Part shown: positions 41,001 to 49,805 of the stretch, one piece after another | Position numbering within the stretch: position 1 is the first letter of the stretch | Layout of the letters: each line of letters opens with the position of its first letter | Assembly (NCBI GenBank): GCA_040901965.1 | Contig: JBBDYB010000011.1 | Span: 64,246 to 128,245 of the forward strand | DNA length: 64,000 nt | Reading direction: 5' to 3' | Origin: Gemmatimonadales bacterium | Lineage (GTDB): Bacteria; Gemmatimonadota; Gemmatimonadetes; Gemmatimonadales; GWC2-71-9 | Translations under genes and position numbers: made by a program | Notes under the pieces: generated by a model | The model's database searches: none | Told to the model about the DNA's origin: nothing | The model's input: only the letters and a program-made list of their open reading frames with translations

Positions 41001-41173
41001 AGCCCGCCGGGCGCCGCCGCGTCACGCACGTAATCCCAGCCGAGCACGCGGCCGTGCACGTCGGTCGTCGCGACGATCACGACGTGCGCGGTGTCGAGAG
41101 CGGTGGAGGTCGCGGGGGCGGGGGCCGGAGGAGGATTCTGGAGCGACAGGAGCAACGCACAGAGGAGCCGCAT
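38018..41173 (-). CDS. Secreted tandem double 5'-nucleotidase/metallophosphoesterase (two UshA-like modules fused)
   Basis: Signal MRLLCALLLSL. Module 1: VATTDVHGR...DAGDLLQGNP...TPGNHDFDFG. Module 2: LAISDLHGQ...DAGDQMQGTP...IGNHEFDW. Each module is followed by a 5'-nucleotidase C-terminal-like region. Confidence 0.8.
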   Translation of the reverse strand: MRLLCALLLSLQNPPPAPAPATSTALDTAHVVIVATTDVHGRVLGWDYVRDAAAPGGLSRAATILETLRARYPGQVILLDAGDLLQGNPFATFYARYDKRQPQPIVDALNALQYDVVTPGNHDFDFGVDFLRRAAAEATFRYVSANVEDGAGARLFPQTVLVPRGVVKVGVTGFTTPGVMLWNRTLLAGRARVRRIAGAATGAMARLEGEGADLKIVLIHSGLGGESSYDTTGVGPENDAAALATVTPKPDLVIVGHTHREIRDSVINGVHFVQPKNWAQSLSVVHVWLTREQGGGTSGRWRVATIRGDLMPIGTVAELPRFTRRLEAHHEAARLWAATPLGAAAPGFEARYTRVQDTPLLDFINEVQRRKAGAQLSAAAAFDVQAGLPEGEVHLREVAGIYPYENTLRSVRISGQQLRAFLEHSARYFRTYEPGAGRPIINDSVPGHNFDVVSGVVYNIDLSRPPGQRIRGLAYEGRIVQPGDSFTMAVNSYRQVGGGGYTMLAGARVIYDRGEDIRELLADEIRRVRTLQAPSYLKPSWGIIPDAARAAARAAFAPAARPVSTADSTVLRVLAISDLHGQLEPRVWDWSGGRPVGGVAALKPWLDSLARACRCTSVRLDAGDQMQGTPLSNATYGRGTVEALNAIGLDAAAIGNHEFDWSLDTLRTRMAEARYAFVSANITDAAGTTRPDWATPWTLVTKNNLRIAVIGLTTRTTPTSTAPRNVRGLAFGDGAQAIRRYLPAARAAADFVIVVAHQGAICDSTACRGEIMDVARQLDSGSVDLIVAGHTHARVNTVVNGIPIVEAQSSGRTVAVVDFVRVGGTRRAVRVQLVTPYADQVRPDRALTEALGRQQQVVRNITSRPVGRLKFPFKREGDEYGLGRLIADAQRNVGKGDVAIMNNGGIRADLAAGTVTYGDVYQVQPFQNRLQRLTVKGSVLLAALEHCVAGGDHRPDCHVSGVELWFDARKPAGNRISRTRFVNGKDIDNNRSYTLVVSDFMATGGSGFAMFAAALVEDLDLVDVDALIRYLSVLRAPVEAPADARFHRTDR
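40286..40295. repeat. C10 homopolymer tract inside the 5'-nucleotidase CDS
   Basis: Counted directly: cgt cccccccccc tgc. Codes GGG on the minus strand. Confidence 0.9.
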
Positions 41174-41226
41174 AGTGCGCTGTAAATTGCCAAACCGTTG
41201 CCCGCCGCGCTACCTTCCGGCCTGCC

Positions 41227-41955
41227 ATGGCGACCGAGACCGGCGCGGTCCACCGCATCCTCGTCGTAGACGACGAGGCCGACATCACCGCCTTGGTCGC
41301 CTATCACCTCGCCAAGGAAGGCTACCGGGTAACGACGGCGGGCACGGGCGCCGACGCGCTGCGGTCCGCCCGGGAAGAACGCCCCGATCTCGTCGTCCTC
41401 GACCTGATGCTTCCCGGGCATTCGGGCTTCGACGTGCTCGCCGAGCTGCGCCGTCGCGACGAAACCCGAGAGGTCGGCGTGCTGCTGCTCACCGCGCGCA
41501 AGGATGAGCCCGACCGCATCAAGGGGCTCACCCTCGGCGCGGACGATTACCTGGCCAAACCGTTTTCGCCCAAGGAGCTCGTGCTGCGCGTCGCGGCCAT
41601 CCTGCGCCGGCTTGCGGCGCCCCCCGTCGCATCGGGTGGACGTCTGAGCGCCGGCCCCATTACGCTCGACCGCACCGCCCATCGCGTCACCGTCGCGGGC
41701 AAAGACATCGAGCTCACGGCCACCGAGTTCAAGCTGCTCGACAGGCTCATCGAGCGCCGTGACCGAGTCCAAAGCCGCACCCAACTGCTCGAAACGGTGT
41801 GGCAGGCGCAGCCCGACATCCAGACCCGCACCGTGGACATGCACGTGCAGCGGCTGCGCGCGAAGCTCGGCGCTGCGGGCCCCTGGATCGAAACCGTGCG
41901 CGGCGTCGGCTACCGGCTGCGCGAACCGCCGCCGCCCACCCGGCGCCGCTCATGA
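41227..41955 (+). CDS. phoB: Phosphate regulon response regulator (OmpR/PhoB family)
   Basis: ILVVDDEADI...LVVLDLMLPG...GADDYLAKPF. Winged helix LTATEFKLLDRL...VDMHVQRLRAKL...ETVRGVGYRL. Assigned from context with the phoR-pst genes. Confidence 0.8.
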   Translation: MATETGAVHRILVVDDEADITALVAYHLAKEGYRVTTAGTGADALRSAREERPDLVVLDLMLPGHSGFDVLAELRRRDETREVGVLLLTARKDEPDRIKGLTLGADDYLAKPFSPKELVLRVAAILRRLAAPPVASGGRLSAGPITLDRTAHRVTVAGKDIELTATEFKLLDRLIERRDRVQSRTQLLETVWQAQPDIQTRTVDMHVQRLRAKLGAAGPWIETVRGVGYRLREPPPPTRRRS

Positions 41956-43283
41956 AGCTGGCCACGCGGCTGTTCGCGAGCATGAGTCTGCTCGTGGCGG
42001 CCGCGGTCGTGGGGTTGCTGCTCGTCGCGGCCCTGCCGCCGCGCGCGGTGCTGGGCGCGGGCCTCGTGATGCTGCTTGCGGCGGCCGTGGTCGCCTGGCT
42101 GGTCAGCCGCGCGCTCGTTCGCCCGCTCCTCGACATCGCCGGCGCCGCCCGGGACCTCGCCGCCGGCCGTCCCGCGGCGTTTCCCGACGTGCGCGTCTCC
42201 GAGTTAGCCCATCACGTCGACGCGCTGCGCGCGATGCAGCAGGAGCTCGAGGGCCGGTTCGCGGCCCTGCGCCGCGAGCGCGAGGAATCGCGTACGCTGG
42301 TCGAAGCCTTGTCAGACGGTGTGATCGCGGCGGACGAGCGCGGCGCCATCGTCTCGACCAACGCGGCCGCCCGCCGGCTGCTCGGCTATGGCGCGACCGA
42401 GGCGCTTCCGCCGCTGGCGCAGCTGTTCCACGACCAGCCGCATCGCGCGCTCATGCGGGAAGTGCTGGCCGGCGCGGCCGTCGTGGATCGCGAGCTGGAC
42501 CTGGGCGAGCGTACGGTGCTCGTCTCGGCCCGGCCGCTCGAGGAGGGCGGCACGCTGCTCGTATTGAGCGACGTGACCGACCTGCGCCGGCTCGAGACGG
42601 TGCGCCGGGATTTCGTCGCCAACGTGTCGCACGAGCTGAAGACGCCGCTCACCGCCATCGCGGGGTACGCAGAAACGCTCGCCGCGGAAGCCGCCCAGGG
42701 AACCCAGGCCGAGGGCTTCGCGCAGACGATTCTCGAGAACGCTCACCGGATGCAACGCTTGGTGGACGACCTGCTCGACTTGTCGCGCATCGAATCGGGC
42801 GGGTGGCGCCCGGAGCCGGACGTCGTGGACGTGGAGGCCGCGGCGCGCGACGCCTGGGCGCCGTTCGCCGAGCGCGCCGCAGCGCGCAGCGTGGCCTTCG
42901 AGACCGCTGTCTCTTCGGACGCCGGTACCATCACCGTCGATCCCGAGGCGCTGCGGCAGATCTTCACGAACCTGTTCGATAACGCGCTGCGGCACACGCC
43001 GCTCGGCGGCCGCATTCGCGTGGCTGCCCGGCGCGCGCGCGACGGCATCGCGGTCACCGTGGCCGACACGGGCAGCGGCATTCCCGCCGAGCATCTGCCG
43101 CGCATCTTCGAGCGTTTCTACCGGGTGGATCCGGGGCGCTCGCGTCACGAGGGTGGCACCGGCCTCGGCCTGGCGATCGTGAAGCACCTGCTCGAGGCAC
43201 ACGGGGGACGCGTGGAAGCGGAAAGCACCGTGGGGGCAGGAACGACTATCCGGCTGGTATTTCCCATCGCCGCAGCCTTTTAG
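41952..43283 (+). CDS. phoR: Phosphate regulon sensor histidine kinase
   Basis: ATGA overlap with phoB. TM-HAMP-PAS architecture. H-box FVANVSHELKTPLTAI. DNALRH, DTGSGIP and GGTGLGLAIVKH boxes. Confidence 0.8.
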   Translation: MKLATRLFASMSLLVAAAVVGLLLVAALPPRAVLGAGLVMLLAAAVVAWLVSRALVRPLLDIAGAARDLAAGRPAAFPDVRVSELAHHVDALRAMQQELEGRFAALRREREESRTLVEALSDGVIAADERGAIVSTNAAARRLLGYGATEALPPLAQLFHDQPHRALMREVLAGAAVVDRELDLGERTVLVSARPLEEGGTLLVLSDVTDLRRLETVRRDFVANVSHELKTPLTAIAGYAETLAAEAAQGTQAEGFAQTILENAHRMQRLVDDLLDLSRIESGGWRPEPDVVDVEAAARDAWAPFAERAAARSVAFETAVSSDAGTITVDPEALRQIFTNLFDNALRHTPLGGRIRVAARRARDGIAVTVADTGSGIPAEHLPRIFERFYRVDPGRSRHEGGTGLGLAIVKHLLEAHGGRVEAESTVGAGTTIRLVFPIAAAF

Positions 43284-43285
43284 AG

Positions 43286-43302
43286 CGTTACCGACTCGTT
43301 AC
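43286..43302 (+). promoter_or_regulatory. Candidate Pho-box: CGTTAC direct repeat with 11-bp period, upstream of the porin-pst operon
   Basis: CGTTACcgactCGTTAC, about 95-110 nt upstream of ATG 43395. A related pair, TTGCCaaaccgTTGCC, sits at 41187-41202 in the phoB/5'-nucleotidase intergenic region. Confidence 0.3.
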
Positions 43303-43394
43303 GTAGCCGCCGCTCCCACGTGACCGCTGACGCGCTTCTTCCTATCCGTGAACCGCTTCATCGCTGAGTCTCTCACTCAGGAGTCGCTGCAAGC

Positions 43395-44573
43395 ATGAGT
43401 GCCGTCACCCGTATGACCATCCTGCTGTGCGGGCTGCTGACCGCGGCCGCTGCAGTCGCCGAAGCCCAGGCGCCGAACATTGGCGTCTCGGGCCGGATGC
43501 AGGCGCAGTACCGGCTATCGTCGGGCGATTCGTCCGGCAACTACAACCCGCTCCAGGTGAGCAACGGCTTCGAGGTCCGCCGGCTGCGGATCCATGCCGA
43601 CGTTCGCTTCGGCGACAACATGCTTCTCGTCATCCAGCCGAGCTTCGAAATGGGCGCGCTGCGGATGCGCGACGCCTTCGTGCGGGTGGGCTTGAACCCC
43701 CGCTTCGGCGTCACCCTCGGCCAGGAGAAATCGCCCTTCCAGCGCTACGAGTTGAACAGCTCCAACAATCTCCTCTCGATCGAACGCGGAGTCCGCATTC
43801 TGCGCCTGGGCGGCCGCGAAGGGCTGAATGATCTGCTCTCCGCCAACGGATATGTCTCGCACGACCTCGGCGCATTCGTCGATTTCGCCGGGCCCGACAA
43901 CAAAGTCGCCGTCAAGGTCGGCGTGCAAAACGGCTCGCGCGAAAGCTCGGCCGACGTGAACAACGCCAAGAGCTTCTTTGGACACGCCACGGCGGCGGTC
44001 ATCACGAACGCCGACAACCAACCCATGTTGCAGCTGGGTGCCTCGTTCGCCTCGCGGGACCGCGCGATCTGCCAGACGCTCGCGAGCGTCGGAAGTGCGA
44101 CCTGCAACGCGTACTACGCCGATTCCTCCAAGACGACCACAGCGTTCGGGGTGGACGCCGAGTGGGGCGGCTTCCGGCCCGGCTTCCACGTGTTCGTCGA
44201 CTTCGCGACCGGCGACAACGTGCCGCTCGCAACCCGGAAGGCGACGGGCCGGAATACCGGCAACCTGGACAGCGCCAGCGCGCCGATCGCGACGTTCATG
44301 GGTCTCAGCGTCATCGGCGCCTACCGGATCAACACGTCCGGCCCCGATACCCGGCTCATCAAGATCTTCGAGCCGGCGCTGCGCGTGGACTACCTGGATC
44401 CCGATACGGACGTCGGCGACAACCAGGGGCTGCTGATCACTCCCGTGCTCAACATCTATTTCGCGAACAGCGTCGTGTTGCGGGCGGGCTTCGACTTCTA
44501 CAGCTATAAAGACGCCACCGGCACCAGCCGGTCCGCCCAGGAGCTGAAGTTCTCCTGGCAGGCGAATTTTTAA
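43395..44573 (+). CDS. Phosphate-selective porin (OprO/OprP-like)
   Basis: Signal MSAVTRMTILLCGLLTAAAAVAEAQA. Beta-barrel-like alternating pattern with terminal ...KFSWQANF. Sits immediately upstream of pstS. Confidence 0.65.
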   Translation: MSAVTRMTILLCGLLTAAAAVAEAQAPNIGVSGRMQAQYRLSSGDSSGNYNPLQVSNGFEVRRLRIHADVRFGDNMLLVIQPSFEMGALRMRDAFVRVGLNPRFGVTLGQEKSPFQRYELNSSNNLLSIERGVRILRLGGREGLNDLLSANGYVSHDLGAFVDFAGPDNKVAVKVGVQNGSRESSADVNNAKSFFGHATAAVITNADNQPMLQLGASFASRDRAICQTLASVGSATCNAYYADSSKTTTAFGVDAEWGGFRPGFHVFVDFATGDNVPLATRKATGRNTGNLDSASAPIATFMGLSVIGAYRINTSGPDTRLIKIFEPALRVDYLDPDTDVGDNQGLLITPVLNIYFANSVVLRAGFDFYSYKDATGTSRSAQELKFSWQANF

Positions 44574-44578
44574 GGAGG

Positions 44579-45655
44579 ATGACCGTGCTTCGCAGAACAC
44601 TGACTGCCATCGGCATAATCGGGGCGTTGGCCTCCCCCCCCCCGGTCGCGGCGCAGGTGCGCCTCAACGGCGCGGGGGCCACGTTCCCGAACATCATCTA
44701 TCAGACGTGGATCCTGACGTACAACCAGAAGTTCGACAACGTCGAGATCAACTATCAGTCCATCGGCTCGGGCGGCGGCATACGCCAGTTCTCCGACAAG
44801 ACCGTGGACTTCGGCGGCACCGACGCCCCAATGGGCGACTCAGCCATCGCGGCGATCGGCGGGAACGCGCTCCACATCCCCACCGTGCTGGGTGCGGTCG
44901 TGCCCACTTACAACCTGGCCGGCGTGGCACAGCCGATCCGGTTCACCCCCGACGTGCTCGCCGACATCTTCCTCGGAAAAATCACGAACTGGAACGATGC
45001 GCGAATTGCGAGCAGCAACCCCGGGGTCACGCTGCCGAAGCAGGACATCATCGTCGTCCACCGCTCGGATGGGTCGGGCACGACGTACGTGTGGGTGGAC
45101 TACCTCACGAAGGTCAGCCCGGAATGGGCCCAGCGCGTGGGGCGCGGCACGTCGGTCAACTGGCCCGTCGGGCTCGGCGGCCGCGGCAATGAGGGTGTGA
45201 CCGCCACCGTGCGGCAAACGCCGGGGGCTATCGGCTACGTCGAGCTGGGATACGCTCTCGTCAACAAGATGCCGGCCGGCGTGGTCCGCAATAAGGCGGG
45301 GAGCTGGATCGCTCCCAGCCTCGAGTCCGTAACGGCGGCGGCGGCGGGCGCGATGGACGAGATGGGACCGAACACCGACTTCCGGGTCTCGATCACCGAT
45401 TCCCCCGGAGCCGCAGCGTTCCCGATCTCGAGCTTTACCTGGCTCCTCGTTCGCAAGGAATACTCGGACGCCGCCAAGGCCCGGGAGCTCGTCAAGTTCA
45501 TCTGGTGGGCGCTGACCGAAGGCCAAGCCAAGGCTGCGCCGCTGGGTTACGCACCGCTGCCCAAAGAGATGCTCGCCTGGATCGACGCGCGGTTGAAGAC
45601 GATCACCAGCGGGGGCCGGCCGGTGTGGAGGGGGCCAACCGCCACGCGTTCGTAG
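44579..45655 (+). CDS. pstS: Phosphate ABC transporter substrate-binding protein
   Basis: AAGGAGG RBS. LNGAGATFPNIIYQ...YQSIGSGGGIRQF...DFGGTDAP...HRSDGSGTT. Signal peptide region contains a C10 tract. Confidence 0.9.
   Translation: MTVLRRTLTAIGIIGALASPPPVAAQVRLNGAGATFPNIIYQTWILTYNQKFDNVEINYQSIGSGGGIRQFSDKTVDFGGTDAPMGDSAIAAIGGNALHIPTVLGAVVPTYNLAGVAQPIRFTPDVLADIFLGKITNWNDARIASSNPGVTLPKQDIIVVHRSDGSGTTYVWVDYLTKVSPEWAQRVGRGTSVNWPVGLGGRGNEGVTATVRQTPGAIGYVELGYALVNKMPAGVVRNKAGSWIAPSLESVTAAAAGAMDEMGPNTDFRVSITDSPGAAAFPISSFTWLLVRKEYSDAAKARELVKFIWWALTEGQAKAAPLGYAPLPKEMLAWIDARLKTITSGGRPVWRGPTATRS
44634..44643. repeat. C10 homopolymer tract inside the pstS signal-peptide region (codes SPPP)
   Basis: Counted directly: cct cccccccccc ggt. 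Confidence 0.9.
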
Positions 45656-45670
45656 ATCGCCTGCCAAGTG

Positions 45671-45722
45671 ACATATCCGTTACACGGCCGTGACGAACAC
45701 GGCGGCCGTGTGACGGATACGT
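45671..45722 (+). promoter_or_regulatory. Intercistronic stem-loop between pstS and pstC
   Basis: ACATATCCGTTACACGGCCG (45671-45690) pairs with CGGCCGTGTGACGGATACGT (45703-45722). That is 18 of 20 positions, with a 12-nt loop. Confidence 0.5.
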
Positions 45723-45733
45723 TTCCCGCTCGC

Positions 45734-46744
45734 ATGACAACGCTTCCCCTCGAGCCCGTCCCGGCGCCGCAGGAGCAGACGACCCCCAGCATGGAGCCGC
45801 GGTGGCGGGCGCTGCGCAGCGTGGATCGCAGCGACCGGGTCTACCGGCGGGTCCTGACGGCCTTCGCGCTGGCGCTGCCGTTCCTGATCCTCGTGATCCT
45901 GGGCGTGCTGTTCGTCAACGCGCTCCCCGCGGTAGAGCGCTTTGGACCCTCGTTCCTCTGGACCTCGACCTGGGACCCCGTGGCCGAGGTCTATGGCGCC
46001 GCGCCGATGATCTTCGGGACACTGGCGTCCTCGTTCCTGGCGCTGCTCATCGCCGTGCCCCTCGCGCTCGGCGTCGCGATCTTCCTGACCGAGTTCTCGC
46101 CCCGCTGGCTGCGCCAGCCGGTGGCGTTTCTCGTCGAGCTGCTGGCGGCAATCCCCAGCGTGGTGTACGGGCTGTGGGGGGTCTTCGTGCTGATCCCGTT
46201 CCTGCGGAGCTATGTGGTGCCGCCGCTCAAAGCCGTGCTCGGGTGGACGCCGTTCTTCCAGGGTCCGTTCTACGGCAATTCATTGCTCGCGGGCGGGATC
46301 ATTCTGGCCATCATGATCGTGCCGTACATCGCGGCCGTGTCGCGCGAAGTGCTGCTTGCGGTCCCGACCAGCCAGCGCGAGGCGGCGCTCGCGATGGGCG
46401 CGACGCGCTGGGAGGCAGTGCGCTCCGCGGTGCTGCCGTACGGGCGCGCCGGCCTGATCGGCGCCATCATCCTGGGCCTGGGCCGCGCGTTGGGAGAGAC
46501 GATGGCCGTCACGATGTTGATCGGCAATCGCCACGACATCGGGGTATCGGTGCTGCAGCCCGCCTACACCATGGCCGCGGCGATCGCCAATGAGTTCAGC
46601 GAAGCCACGACCAACATGTACCTGTCGGCGTTGTTTGAAGTCGGACTGATCCTGTTCGTGGTTACCGTGGTGGTCAACGCGGTCGCCCGCATCCTGATCT
46701 GGCGCGTCGCCCGCGGCGCGGCGGTGGGGAGCAAAGCGCTGTGA
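45734..46744 (+). CDS. pstC: Phosphate ABC transporter permease PstC
   Basis: Multi-TM protein with EAALAMGATRWE (EAA loop). ATG 45734 was chosen because GTG 45668 would put the coding region through the stem-loop. Confidence 0.85.
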   Translation: MTTLPLEPVPAPQEQTTPSMEPRWRALRSVDRSDRVYRRVLTAFALALPFLILVILGVLFVNALPAVERFGPSFLWTSTWDPVAEVYGAAPMIFGTLASSFLALLIAVPLALGVAIFLTEFSPRWLRQPVAFLVELLAAIPSVVYGLWGVFVLIPFLRSYVVPPLKAVLGWTPFFQGPFYGNSLLAGGIILAIMIVPYIAAVSREVLLAVPTSQREAALAMGATRWEAVRSAVLPYGRAGLIGAIILGLGRALGETMAVTMLIGNRHDIGVSVLQPAYTMAAAIANEFSEATTNMYLSALFEVGLILFVVTVVVNAVARILIWRVARGAAVGSKAL

Positions 46745-47601
46745 GCACCGGGGTGGGGGTGGGAACGTTCCGCCGCCGTCTCACGAGCCGGGTGATGACG
46801 GCCCTCGTGGTGGTGCTGGCGTTCACCGCAGTGCTCGCGCTGGTCCTCATCCTCGGCGACCTGATCGCCAAGGGCGCCTCCTCGATCGACTGGGCGTTCT
46901 TTACCAAGAGTCCGGTGCCCGCCGGTGAGTCGGGCGGCGGCGTCGCGAATGCGATCGTCGGGACGTTCATCATCGTGGGCCTCGGCGCCCTGATCGGCGT
47001 GCCGGTCGGTGTGGGCGCCGGTCTGTATCTCGCCGAGTACGGCTCGGGGCGTCTGGGATTCCTGGTGCGGTTCGTGGCGGACGTGCTCAACGGGACGCCG
47101 TCCATCGTGATCGGCATCGTCGCCTGGACGTTCCTCGTCAGACCGACGGGCCGGTTCTCCGCCCTGGCGGGAAGCGTCGCGCTCGCGATCCTCATGATCC
47201 CGATGCTGGCGCGCACCACCGAGGAGATGGTGCGCCTCGTGCCCCATTCGCTGCGCGAAGCGGCGCTGGCCCTCGGCTACCCCCGCTGGCGCACGTCGCT
47301 CAAGATCGTCGCGCGCACGGCGCTCGGCGGCATCGTGACGGGGTGCCTCGTCGGCATCGCCCGCGTCGCCGGCGAGACCGCCCCCCTGCTGTTCACCGCG
47401 CTGGGCAATCTCAACTTCTCGCTGGCCGTCAACCATCCGATGCAGACGCTGTCGCTCCAGATCTACGTGTACGCGACGGGGCCGTTCGACGAATGGCATC
47501 GGATGGCGTGGGCCGCCGCCCTCGTGCTCATGGGGCTCGTGCTGATCCTCGCCTTGACCGCCCGCTGGGTCACGCGGCAGCGCTATGGAACCGGCCGCTA
47601 A
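46741..47601 (+). CDS. pstA: Phosphate ABC transporter permease PstA
   Basis: The GTG overlaps the pstC stop (GTGA). [15 protein letters not shown] loop. Six predicted TM-like stretches. Confidence 0.85.
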   Translation: MSTGVGVGTFRRRLTSRVMTALVVVLAFTAVLALVLILGDLIAKGASSIDWAFFTKSPVPAGESGGGVANAIVGTFIIVGLGALIGVPVGVGAGLYLAEYGSGRLGFLVRFVADVLNGTPSIVIGIVAWTFLVRPTGRFSALAGSVALAILMIPMLARTTEEMVRLVPHSLREAALALGYPRWRTSLKIVARTALGGIVTGCLVGIARVAGETAPLLFTALGNLNFSLAVNHPMQTLSLQIYVYATGPFDEWHRMAWAAALVLMGLVLILALTARWVTRQRYGTGR

Positions 47602-48361
47602 CACCCGGCTGCGGCTCGAGACGGTGCGCCTCACCGCGCTGTTCGGCAGGAATGCGGCGGTGCGGGAGATCTCGTTGTTGTTCCCGGCGCACACCGTCAC
47701 GGCGATCATCGGGCCGTCGGGATGCGGCAAAAGCACGTTGCTGCGCTGCCTGAACCGGATGCACGAGCTCACGCCGGACGCGATGGTGACGGGCAAAGTG
47801 CTGCTCGACGACGTCGATATCTACGCCAAGGATGTGAACCCGGTCGAGCTGCGGCGCCGCATCGGGATGGTGTTCCAGCGGCCGACGCCCTTTCCGACGA
47901 TGTCGATCTACGACAACGTCGCCGCGGGATTGCGCGTGAATGGCCGCCGCCCCCGCAGCGAAACCGATGACATTGTGGAACGTGCCTTGCACCAGGCGGC
48001 GCTCTGGGACGAGGTGAAGGAGCGGCTGCAAGCGAGCGCCCTGGAGCTGTCCGGCGGGCAGCAGCAGCGGCTCTGCATCGCGCGCGCCATCGCGCCGCAG
48101 CCGGAGATCCTGCTGCTCGACGAGCCGACGGCCTCGCTCGATCCGGCGGGAACCCAGCGCATCGAGGAGCTGTGCCACGCGCTGAAGCGCCACTACACGA
48201 TCGTGATCGTCACCCACAACCTGCAGCAGGCCGCCCGCGTGTCCGATTACACGGCGTTCTTGTATCTGGGGCAGCTGATCGAGGTCGGCCGGACAGGCGA
48301 GCTCTTCACAAAGCCTCAGGTGGAGCAGACTGAGGCGTACATCACCGGGAGGTTTGGTTGA
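47585..48361 (+). CDS. pstB: Phosphate ABC transporter ATP-binding protein, copy 1
   Basis: [44 protein letters not shown]-terminus. Confidence 0.9.
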   Translation: MEPAANTRLRLETVRLTALFGRNAAVREISLLFPAHTVTAIIGPSGCGKSTLLRCLNRMHELTPDAMVTGKVLLDDVDIYAKDVNPVELRRRIGMVFQRPTPFPTMSIYDNVAAGLRVNGRRPRSETDDIVERALHQAALWDEVKERLQASALELSGGQQQRLCIARAIAPQPEILLLDEPTASLDPAGTQRIEELCHALKRHYTIVIVTHNLQQAARVSDYTAFLYLGQLIEVGRTGELFTKPQVEQTEAYITGRFG

Positions 48362-49122
48362 AGCTCTCGGCGGCCGTCCTCGAGTCGCGCGCCTACAATT
48401 TCTGGTACGGCCCTACCCAGGCGCTGCACGACATCACCTGCTCGATTCCGCCCAACGCGATCACCGCGCTGATCGGCCCGTCGGGGTGCGGCAAGACCAC
48501 GTTTCTCCGGTCCGTGAACCGGCTGCACGATCTCACGCCTGGAGCCCGTCACAGCGGCGATCTCCTGCTCCATGGCGGCTCGATATTCGCGCCGGGAACG
48601 GACGTCGTCGCGCTGCGCCGGCGCGTGGGGATGGTATTCCAGCGGCCCAATCCGTTCCCCAAGCCCGTGTACGACAATGTCGCCTATGGCCCGCGGCTCA
48701 ACGCGCTCGGTCCCGCCCGCGAGCTTCCCGAACGGGTGGAACAGGCGCTGCGGCGGGCGGCGTTGTGGGATGAGGTGCGCGACCGCTTGCGCGAGCCGGG
48801 AACCTCGCTGTCGGGAGGCCAACAGCAGCGCCTCTGCATCGCGCGGGCGCTGGCCAACGAGCCCGAGCTGCTCCTCATGGACGAGCCCTGCTCGGCGCTG
48901 GACCCGATCGCGACGCAGCGCATCGAAGAGCTGCTGGTCGAGCTCAAGCAGGCGTACACCATCGTCATCGTGACGCACAACATGCAGCAGGCCGCCCGCG
49001 TGTCGGACTACACGGGCTTTTTCTACCTCGGCCGCCTGGTAGAATTCGGCGAGACCCAGCAGGTATTCACACGGCCCGCCGACGAGCGGACCGAGGCATA
49101 CATCACCGGGAGATTCGGATGA
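48358..49122 (+). CDS. pstB: Phosphate ABC transporter ATP-binding protein, copy 2
   Basis: The TTG start overlaps the upstream [47 protein letters not shown]-terminus. Confidence 0.9.
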   Translation: MKLSAAVLESRAYNFWYGPTQALHDITCSIPPNAITALIGPSGCGKTTFLRSVNRLHDLTPGARHSGDLLLHGGSIFAPGTDVVALRRRVGMVFQRPNPFPKPVYDNVAYGPRLNALGPARELPERVEQALRRAALWDEVRDRLREPGTSLSGGQQQRLCIARALANEPELLLMDEPCSALDPIATQRIEELLVELKQAYTIVIVTHNMQQAARVSDYTGFFYLGRLVEFGETQQVFTRPADERTEAYITGRFG

Positions 49123-49805
49123 GCGCGCAAGCCTCTACCCACCGGCACTTTCACGACGAGCTCTCCGAGCTCAAAGTCGAGCTGCTCAACATGTCGGGCG
49201 ACGCCCAGGCCGCTCTCGCCGCCGCGGTCGAGGCGGTGCTGCAGCGCGACGGCGACAAGGCGCGGGCGGTGATCGCGGGCGACAAGGACGTCGACCGGCT
49301 CGAGGTCGAGGTCGAAGAATCCGTCATCCGGCTGCTCGCCACCCAGCAGCCGATGGCTCGCGACCTCCGCTTCCTCACCGCCGCGATGAAGATCGCCAAC
49401 GACCTGGAGCGCGTGGGGGACCACGCGGTCAACATCGCGCAGTCAGCCGAGCGGCTGCTCGCCAGCCGGCCCATCGTCCCTGAGCCCGAGCTGCTCGAGA
49501 TGGCGCGCCAGGCGCGGACGATGCTCGCCGACGCGCTCGACGCGTTCGTGCGCGGCGACCCGCAGGCGGGGCGCGCGATCTGCCGCCGCGACGACAGCGT
49601 GGATGCCTTGCATGCGTCCATGTTCCGGATCCTGCTCACGCATATGATGGAGGACCCGCACATCATCGGCACGGCCATGGAGCTGTTCCTGGTGAGCCGC
49701 AACCTCGAGCGCGTCGCCGATCTCGCCACCAACATCGCGGAGGACGTGGTGTTCCTCGTGGAGGGAAAGTCCATCAAGCACCACGCGGAAGACGTCGGAT
49801 CGTAG
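49119..49805 (+). CDS. phoU: Phosphate signalling complex protein PhoU
   Basis: Two PhoU repeats: ...[16 protein letters not shown]... and ...[20 protein letters not shown]. Confidence 0.9.
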   Translation: MSAQASTHRHFHDELSELKVELLNMSGDAQAALAAAVEAVLQRDGDKARAVIAGDKDVDRLEVEVEESVIRLLATQQPMARDLRFLTAAMKIANDLERVGDHAVNIAQSAERLLASRPIVPEPELLEMARQARTMLADALDAFVRGDPQAGRAICRRDDSVDALHASMFRILLTHMMEDPHIIGTAMELFLVSRNLERVADLATNIAEDVVFLVEGKSIKHHAEDVGS

